Shown here in pieces: positions 58,747 to 64,000 of a stretch of DNA of 64,000 nt; position 1 is the first letter of the stretch; every line of letters starts with the position of its first letter. The stretch is from a virus: positions 96,010-160,009 of the IMG/VR virus record IMGVR_UViG_3300033182_000769. One strand, written 5' to 3'. The notes beneath the pieces are model-generated. The model was not told where the DNA came from. It worked only from the letters and a program-made list of their open reading frames with translations, and did no database searches. The position numbers were made by a program, and so were the translations under genes.

Positions 58747-59534
58747 TTTCGTTGTGCGTCCTTAAAGAAAAACTTACGAGCCCCGGCAAATTTCAGTAAG
58801 AAATCACGTTGCTGTAACGAACAATCATATTCAAGTTTGTGTTTGTTATTAAACCAAATATACGCAAGTGGCGTTCCTGCAGGAATAAAATAGTCCATTT
58901 GCTTGTTTGGATTAATGTGCCAAAATGTATTAACGTTTAGTTGCTGACACAGGGTTTCCGCACGGCTAACAGTGCCGTTTAACACGTTGTAAGGCGCTCT
59001 CCAGTGATATTGCGGCTGTAGGAACATATAAGTATCATAATTGCTATTCAGCAGCAACGGAAGCTCAAATTTCAAATTTACACAGTCACGAAACACGTTA
59101 TCAACATCTGACTCGTATTGTCGTTTTGGATGACTTGTAATATTGAGCAATGACGTAGAAGCAGCATTCCAAAGGAAATCCCCATCCTTGTTTATGCTTA
59201 TATGTACGTCCACAGGACACATAACCATAATAGAAGTATCAAGTATATGCTGTATGGCAGGACACGATTTAGCAGTGCTTTCTACAGGGCGTAGTCCATC
59301 TGTTAGTTCACCGGGCGCCATGCCTGAATTCCAATAGCGATACTTAATAGAGCTATAATAATTTTTTATATTAGTTACACCCCGTGTTAGAGTGCTAAGA
59401 GAGTTGTACCATGGGCAACCAGAACGTCCACGGCTTTGCAAGAACAAGCCAATGTATTTTTTTGGATCGCTGTTTAATTCTTCTGTGTCTTTGTTGTCTT
59501 TACAACGATACACATAACGCAGTTTTTTCATCAT
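58743..59534 (-). CDS. Hypothetical protein, dUTPase-like beta fold suspected
   Basis: KSCPAI, LKF, IPAGTPLA. Confidence 0.55.
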   Translation of the reverse strand: MMKKLRYVYRCKDNKDTEELNSDPKKYIGLFLQSRGRSGCPWYNSLSTLTRGVTNIKNYYSSIKYRYWNSGMAPGELTDGLRPVESTAKSCPAIQHILDTSIMVMCPVDVHISINKDGDFLWNAASTSLLNITSHPKRQYESDVDNVFRDCVNLKFELPLLLNSNYDTYMFLQPQYHWRAPYNVLNGTVSRAETLCQQLNVNTFWHINPNKQMDYFIPAGTPLAYIWFNNKHKLEYDCSLQQRDFLLKFAGARKFFFKDAQRK

Positions 59535-59725
59535 CTCGACATTTGTAAGTATTGGATCATACTCTGTAGATCTCGTATCAATCTTCCCTGTCGCTCCACT
59601 GCTTCTTCAAGAACACGCACTCGCTTATCCACACTGTCACTTACTGACGTATCCGCAGCAAACGAATCAATACGTGCTTGAGTTTCTTCTGTTATTGTTA
59701 TGTCAACGTGTTTATATTGTTCCAT
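59531..59725 (-). CDS. Small coiled-coil protein
   Basis: TAAGTA-N4-ATG start. Confidence 0.6.
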   Translation of the reverse strand: MEQYKHVDITITEETQARIDSFAADTSVSDSVDKRVRVLEEAVERQGRLIRDLQSMIQYLQMSR

Positions 59726-59736
59726 ACTGTACTTAT

Positions 59737-59822
59737 CCGCACCCGCATCATCTCAGCCACGAAGTGGTACGCGGTTTTTCCGAAGGCGCGAAGCGCAAGC
59801 GGCAGCGTAGCGATTTTGCGCA
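59737..59822. other. GC-rich cluster of GNA-triloop mini-hairpins
   Basis: CCAC-GAA-GTGG, CC-GAA-GG, GCGC-GAA-GCGC and GC-GTA-GC within 55 bp on the + strand. Confidence 0.6.
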
Positions 59823-59827
59823 GATTT

Positions 59828-60403
59828 TTAATACCGTTCAAACACACAATTAAACGATATACTTACTCGTGTATCATCACTGTCATTAGTTTGTACACCG
59901 TGATACAAGTATCCAGGAAACAGTATAATCATCCCCGGCTTGGGCACATACTCTACACGATCCGGAGGCATAACCCACCAACCGTGTGCAGCAAGATTAG
60001 GATTCTCAAAAAAGATATTTCCCGCCTTACTTCCTACACTGTGATAGTAAACCCCACTAATATCAGAGTATCCATGGTTGTGTATTTGTGCATATTCCCC
60101 ACGATCGTAGCGTGTAATCCATGACCGTCTACTGTATGTTTCTGGCATTTCAAACCCAAGATCTTGACAGTATAACGCTACAGCCGCTCGTATCTGGCTG
60201 TCAACTTTTATTAAGTTATACTCCGTTAGTGCATCTTCTTCAAATGAGTTCGTGCTTAGTTTATGTGTAGTACCCCATTCTGGCTTAATTTTCCAGTCTA
60301 TTGTAGGTAGTATACTGTCTACTTCCGCCAAGCAGGGTGCGATGTCTTCGACTTGCCCCACAAATAACGGAGTGGGGTATAAAGGGCGCATAGAATGTTT
60401 CAT
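59828..60403 (-). CDS. 2OG-Fe(II) oxygenase, TIGR02466-like
   Basis: SWIT, HNH..SDISGVYY, FPGYLYHGV, RVSISFN. Confidence 0.85.
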   Translation of the reverse strand: MKHSMRPLYPTPLFVGQVEDIAPCLAEVDSILPTIDWKIKPEWGTTHKLSTNSFEEDALTEYNLIKVDSQIRAAVALYCQDLGFEMPETYSRRSWITRYDRGEYAQIHNHGYSDISGVYYHSVGSKAGNIFFENPNLAAHGWWVMPPDRVEYVPKPGMIILFPGYLYHGVQTNDSDDTRVSISFNCVFERY

Positions 60404-60448
60404 ATGCTTACTTATTGTTATACACAGTGTAGAACACACATTTTTGGA

Positions 60449-60658
60449 TTATATACCAAGTGCGTGGTTAGTTTCGTGGTCTATACAGTGTATGCAGTGG
60501 GAGTGTTTTAAGTATAACGCAGTGTGTAGACTGTTCTCTGGATCGAGCCAAAAACGTGTACGCTGTAAGTGAACTTCGTATGTTACACAGTGAAAGCGGA
60601 GATCTTGTAGTACTTTAGCGAATTGTGGATCTGTATTGTATATGCAATAGTGAGTCAT
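60449..60658 (-). CDS. Hypothetical protein
   Basis: TAAGTA-N4-ATG; EVHLQRTRFW. Confidence 0.6.
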   Translation of the reverse strand: MTHYCIYNTDPQFAKVLQDLRFHCVTYEVHLQRTRFWLDPENSLHTALYLKHSHCIHCIDHETNHALGI

Positions 60659-60669
60659 ACAGTACTTAC

Positions 60670-60874
60670 CAAATGGGGTCTGTGTGGAAAAAAATTTGGT
60701 CGCGCAGTTTTTTCAAAATGGGTCTACAGAGAAAAAATCTTGCCGCGCAAAAAATTATATTAGTAACTTTTTCTTTTCAGGGTGGTGATTTATGACCATT
60801 AGCGCAAAAAGTAGCAGTTGTGCGTATGTATATAAAGCCCCCCAGTACCACCATAGACCCACCATAGACCCACC
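60670..60874. repeat. Non-coding junction with direct, tandem and inverted repeats
   Basis: Imperfect ~37-bp direct repeat (60670-60706 / 60714-60749); CCACCATAGAC x2.5 (60848-60874); TGGGTCTA versus TAGACCCA. Confidence 0.7.
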
Positions 60875-61177
60875 TCAACACCTTGTGGTGTGCCATGCCT
60901 TCAACTCTCGTCTTGGTAAGTGACCACCACACACCTTGTCGGCTTCGTTGGTCCAATGAGGTATCTGATCTGCAAGGTTCGCACCCGGCTCAGGATCCCA
61001 TGGTGCTTGCGTAGGGTATAACAGTTCTCGTACTGTACACATAATGCGGCCTGTGTGCTTGTCTACCCATGCATCATTACACACATACTCATAGCGAGGA
61101 GTAACATCAGCATGTGCTGTTATACTGTACACTCCGCCTGCTATAAAGCCTACTGCTATTGCTAATGCTAATCTCAT
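60875..61177 (-). CDS. Secreted hypothetical protein
   Basis: Signal peptide ending AHA-D; four Cys. Confidence 0.65.
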   Translation of the reverse strand: MRLALAIAVGFIAGGVYSITAHADVTPRYEYVCNDAWVDKHTGRIMCTVRELLYPTQAPWDPEPGANLADQIPHWTNEADKVCGGHLPRRELKAWHTTRC

Positions 61178-61374
61178 AGATCTCTCTGTGCTACTACAAT
61201 AAGAAGTGTGCCGCCCAGTAAGCCTGAAAGGCCAATACCAATAGACATTAGCATAGTAGGAATGTCATTCGCGTGTTCCATACACTTACCATCACAGTCA
61301 CCTGCTGAACCAGCCATAACCATAAAGCCAAGCATTCCTAATACTACGCCAAGTGTTGTTAAAATGTTTTTCAT
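61174..61374 (-). CDS. Two-TM small membrane protein
   Basis: Hydrophobic helices flank GDCDGKC; has RBS and promoter. Confidence 0.7.
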   Translation of the reverse strand: MKNILTTLGVVLGMLGFMVMAGSAGDCDGKCMEHANDIPTMLMSIGIGLSGLLGGTLLIVVAQRDL

Positions 61375-61399
61375 GTCGCTCTCCTAACTTGTTTAATAT

Positions 61400-61428
61400 A
61401 TTATAGGACATCCTTGTCCATTTGTCAA
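61400..61428 (-). promoter_or_regulatory. Early sigma70 promoter
   Basis: TTGACA-17-TATAAT. Confidence 0.88.
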
Positions 61429-61431
61429 CCC

Positions 61432-61806
61432 TTAATCTAAACGTGATCCTGCGTATGCTTCAAAGCCATAGCGTTTGAACACTTCAGCGGCTGCTCGTGC
61501 ACCTGCTTCCAGAGTGTCAATGTTCTGTACTGGATAGCCCGATGGGTTCCAGATCTGGAAACTTCTATCCCAGCTCTGCCCAACACCAGCGGCTTTCAGG
61601 TTCTTGCCCAGTTTGGTGTTGCCCTTCACGCCGTGTATGCTGACCCACGCAAAGCCACAAGCGTATTGATCTTGTCCGCCAAGTACATCATTGAAGTAGG
61701 TTTGGGCTGCTGCGTAGGCTGCTGTACGAGCTTGGCTTACGATATCCTTGATGTCCTCTACGGTGTAGAGTTTAGGATCTTGTTTGATTGCTGCAAATGA
61801 GTTCAT
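61432..61806 (-). CDS. Early hypothetical protein
   Basis: CGFAWV...EAGARA.A.V....G...SRLD; start after AGGAGCGAAAC. Confidence 0.75.
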   Translation of the reverse strand: MNSFAAIKQDPKLYTVEDIKDIVSQARTAAYAAAQTYFNDVLGGQDQYACGFAWVSIHGVKGNTKLGKNLKAAGVGQSWDRSFQIWNPSGYPVQNIDTLEAGARAAAEVFKRYGFEAYAGSRLD

Positions 61807-61838
61807 GTTTCGCTCCTTTTGTTTAACAGTGTCTATAT

Positions 61839-61867
61839 AGTATATGGTCAAGCCAATTCTTTGTCAA
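61839..61867 (-). promoter_or_regulatory. Early sigma70 promoter
   Basis: TTGACA-17-TATACT. Confidence 0.85.
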
Positions 61868-62027
61868 GCTCTTTTTGGACCAGTTCGTGTGCGAGATTCC
61901 ACGCCATTCCGGCTGCTGTCATAGCCATTGCTCGCTCAGGACCATTGAGCTTGCCAATCCATGTTTGGAGTGCTTCTATACTCTCTGGGGTGGCAAATAT
62001 GTTGCTTGGGGTTATTGGATTATTCAT
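61848..62027 (-). CDS. 59-aa hypothetical protein (MNNPITPSNIFATP...), absent from ORF track
   Basis: ATGA-coupled to the upstream ORF. Confidence 0.65.
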   Translation of the reverse strand: MNNPITPSNIFATPESIEALQTWIGKLNGPERAMAMTAAGMAWNLAHELVQKELDKELA

Positions 62028-62131
62028 TTGCCCATCTCCTCAAAACGCTTGCGGGCTTCGTACATCTGCCCGAACATGAATCCCATGAAGCCTGTGTAGG
62101 CGATGAGTGCGAAGTTTAGAATGATATCCAT
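62024..62131 (-). CDS. 35-aa membrane peptide
   Basis: AAGGAG RBS; MDIILNFALIAYTGFMGFMFG. Confidence 0.6.
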   Translation of the reverse strand: MDIILNFALIAYTGFMGFMFGQMYEARKRFEEMGK

Positions 62132-62141
62132 GTGTTTCTCC

Positions 62142-62264
62142 TTATAGAATGACTGGAAATGTTGCGAGCATCGCAATGAATGTTGCCAGGGTGAGCAAGG
62201 CCATTTGGGCGATACCTGTTGCGAATAGGAAGCCAATGCCTGCGATCCAAAGTAGTGTTTTCAT
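62142..62264 (-). CDS. 40-aa hydrophobic peptide (MKTLLWIAGIGFLFATG...), absent from ORF track
   Basis: GGAGCGAAC RBS and promoter directly upstream. Confidence 0.65.
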   Translation of the reverse strand: MKTLLWIAGIGFLFATGIAQMALLTLATFIAMLATFPVIL

Positions 62265-62294
62265 CGTTCGCTCCGTTTGTTTAACTATATCTAT

Positions 62295-62323
62295 ATTATA
62301 GGGTCACTTTGGGTTGATGTCAA
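62295..62323 (-). promoter_or_regulatory. Early sigma70 promoter
   Basis: TTGACA-17-TATAAT. Confidence 0.88.
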
Positions 62324-62326
62324 CCC

Positions 62327-62476
62327 CTAAAAGAGGATATATGCAAGAAATCCCAAACCCAAAATCCAGGCCCAATACTGCCATCCTGCTCGGATACTTG
62401 CTGTGATCACTGTTACCGTTAGGGCTATTACAAAGCCACCAGCCAGTGCTCCAAGCAATACTTCGAACTCGTTCAT
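62327..62476 (-). CDS. 49-aa two-TM peptide (MNEFEVLLGALAGG...), absent from ORF track
   Basis: GGAGG RBS; TAATG coupling. Confidence 0.65.
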   Translation of the reverse strand: MNEFEVLLGALAGGFVIALTVTVITASIRAGWQYWAWILGLGFLAYILF

Positions 62477-62805
62477 TACACTGCCTCCAATTTGGTTACG
62501 AACTCATCGTGCGGATTAACCCGCTTGACGTGCTCCATCTTGAATGCGCGATACTCTGCATCGTCATCTTCCAGCCACTCTTCAACGGTCATTACCGCTG
62601 ATGGAAACTCCTTCCAACCGATACCGTTCTCCATGCCGATCGCGGCAACGAACGCCATAGCATCTTGTGGGCGGTCCAAGCCCTCGACCATATAGTCCGT
62701 ACCGAACTTGAACTTCCAGTAAGCCTCGCCGTCCTTGAACTTGCCAGTGCCTGCGTGGGCGCCGTAGTTTTCCAATGCTTGAGTTGTTACGATGAAAGTT
62801 GACAT
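62476..62805 (-). CDS. Early hypothetical protein
   Basis: TQ.LENYGAH...YWKFK.G..Y; has RBS and promoter. Confidence 0.75.
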   Translation of the reverse strand: MSTFIVTTQALENYGAHAGTGKFKDGEAYWKFKFGTDYMVEGLDRPQDAMAFVAAIGMENGIGWKEFPSAVMTVEEWLEDDDAEYRAFKMEHVKRVNPHDEFVTKLEAV

Positions 62806-62836
62806 AGTTCGCTCCTATTTCCTAACTGTTATATAC

Positions 62837-62865
62837 ATTATACCATCGGTTGTCCAATCTGTCAA
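62837..62865 (-). promoter_or_regulatory. Early sigma70 promoter
   Basis: TTGACA-17-TATAAT. Confidence 0.88.
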
Positions 62866-63476
62866 CCATTTTCTGTAATAAATTCCGGATTGTGAATGTA
62901 GGCAGTGTGCTTCTTCTTTTCGTATGTGAGAACCAGTTGTTTGGTTACATCAGCGCCATTGTGGACGTGGCCTTTCTTGTAGGTGTCCTCTGGCTTTACC
63001 TGTACAGGATATTCGCCGATCCACCCGTCGATGCCCTGTGACTCCTCTTCTGCTGTTGAGAAGCGATATGGCATTTTGAAATACTCTGCGGCCGCTTGAA
63101 TCGCAGCACTCTCACCGCCCATACCAAAGTGAGTTTTGTTGAAGATCACTTCTTCAACATAGTCACGGCATAGTTCAGGAGTGATCCAAGAGATGCCCAT
63201 GTCATCGTGTGCCTTTGAGTAGAGTTTGTCTGCGGCCCACTGAAGATTCTCTTCACCAATACGTGGGCGTTGAAATGCCTCCCAATTCTCAAGAGTATCA
63301 GGAACACCAGTTGCTACAAACTCAAGCCAGGATTCCTTCATGCTACCAACCTTCTTTGCTGTGAAGCACTGAGCGTTCTGCCCCGCGATGTTCAACAATT
63401 GGGTTGCGTATCGTGGCCACTCACGACGGCTTCGTGTGTCGTTGGCCTTGTAGAATTTTGCTGTTAGTTTGATCAT
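62862..63476 (-). CDS. MjaI-family PD-(D/E)xK restriction endonuclease
   Basis: P.YATQLLNIA.QNAQ......VG.M, KT..G...E, EEESQGIDG.IG..PVQVKP..Y match my recollection of the RE_MjaI family. Confidence 0.75.
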   Translation of the reverse strand: MIKLTAKFYKANDTRSRREWPRYATQLLNIAGQNAQCFTAKKVGSMKESWLEFVATGVPDTLENWEAFQRPRIGEENLQWAADKLYSKAHDDMGISWITPELCRDYVEEVIFNKTHFGMGGESAAIQAAAEYFKMPYRFSTAEEESQGIDGWIGEYPVQVKPEDTYKKGHVHNGADVTKQLVLTYEKKKHTAYIHNPEFITENG

Positions 63477-63507
63477 TTGGTGCTCCCGTCAATCTCTTAT
63501 TATGTCT

Positions 63508-63536
63508 ATTATAAGATCGTTTGGACGAAATGTCAA
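63508..63536 (-). promoter_or_regulatory. Early sigma70 promoter for the endonuclease
   Basis: TTGACA-17-TATAAT; GGGAG RBS. Confidence 0.88.
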
Positions 63537-63539
63537 CCA

Positions 63540-63746
63540 TTATTGGAGGGTGACTACACCCGGAACCGTCTGCTTACTTGCAGCGATATGGTCAAACAGC
63601 AGGTCCTGCGCCGCCTCAATCTCCTCCAGCGTCATCCAATCTGCATCGTCCATAATGCCCTGCACGATGTTGCCCATCTCATCATCGCTACGCTCGAAGC
63701 GTAGCGGATGGATCATAAGTTCCGGATCAACATAGGTAATGCTCAT
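63540..63746 (-). CDS. Hypothetical acidic protein
   Basis: GAGGTG RBS before MSITYVDPE. Confidence 0.65.
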   Translation of the reverse strand: MSITYVDPELMIHPLRFERSDDEMGNIVQGIMDDADWMTLEEIEAAQDLLFDHIAASKQTVPGVVTLQ

Positions 63747-63747
63747 A

Positions 63748-63999
63748 TCACACCTCGTAGCCCGCAGCACGCAGGCGAGCAAGTTCATCTTCAACTACTG
63801 GACCGAGCAAGTCAAAAATCGGAAAGTTGTTTTCGTCATAGTTGCCCGCACGCCAAACCAGCCACTCCTTGCCGTTCCACAAGTAAGCATAGTCGCTCCA
63901 GCTGTAATGATCAAGCCATTCCTGGATAGTTGCAAACTCCTTGCAATCAACATCCTTCTCGCCGCGATCACGTCCGTAGAACACAGTCATGTTGCCGTA
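63748..63999 (-). CDS. Hypothetical protein (5'-truncated by window)
   Basis: Frame open to the edge; FYGRDRGE...DYAYLWNGKEW. Confidence 0.65.
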   Translation of the reverse strand, partial: YGNMTVFYGRDRGEKDVDCKEFATIQEWLDHYSWSDYAYLWNGKEWLVWRAGNYDENNFPIFDLLGPVVEDELARLRAAGYEV

Positions 64000-64000
64000 A

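Noticed and set aside
59678-60572. Plus-strand ORFs 59678..60124 and 60252..60572, and the many other short antisense or alternate-frame ORFs in the track
   Set aside because: They shadow well-supported genes and lack an RBS, promoter or recognisable motif.
60670-60874. CRISPR mini-array
   Set aside because: Repeats are imperfect and lack regular unique spacers; no cas genes are present.
1-64000. Stop-codon reassignment
   Set aside because: Conserved genes are full-length in the standard code, and TAG, TGA and TAA all end genes.

Overview
This window comes from a large AT-rich dsDNA myophage with a distantly T4-like, jumbo-phage gene set. It has no rRNA, tRNA or CRISPR array that I could see. 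In order it carries: (1) the end of a tail-fibre gene and three Gly/His-rich paralogues, followed by a flavin halogenase, a U32-like Fe-S protein and eight tandem 2OG-Fe(II) oxygenase genes; (2) neck, tail, head-completion and terminase genes; (3) gp32/UvsX/UvsY, a large glycan-modification cluster, UvsW, a 193-aa DnaE core, primase, an internally deleted carbamoyltransferase, helicase and a nucleotidyltransferase; (4) a repeat-rich non-coding junction, then a more GC-rich minus-strand early region driven by five consensus sigma70 promoters. The strongest signal is an early-promoter MjaI-family (CTAG) restriction endonuclease with no methylase in the window, in a sequence where a by-eye scan found no CTAG in 64 kb. 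Other highlights: about 16 genes with TAARTA-N4-5-ATG, implying leaderless late mRNAs; a promoter-driven rod-shaped ncRNA candidate; a cluster of GNA-loop DNA mini-hairpins; and an iteron-like junction. All family assignments come from motif recognition, not database searches.
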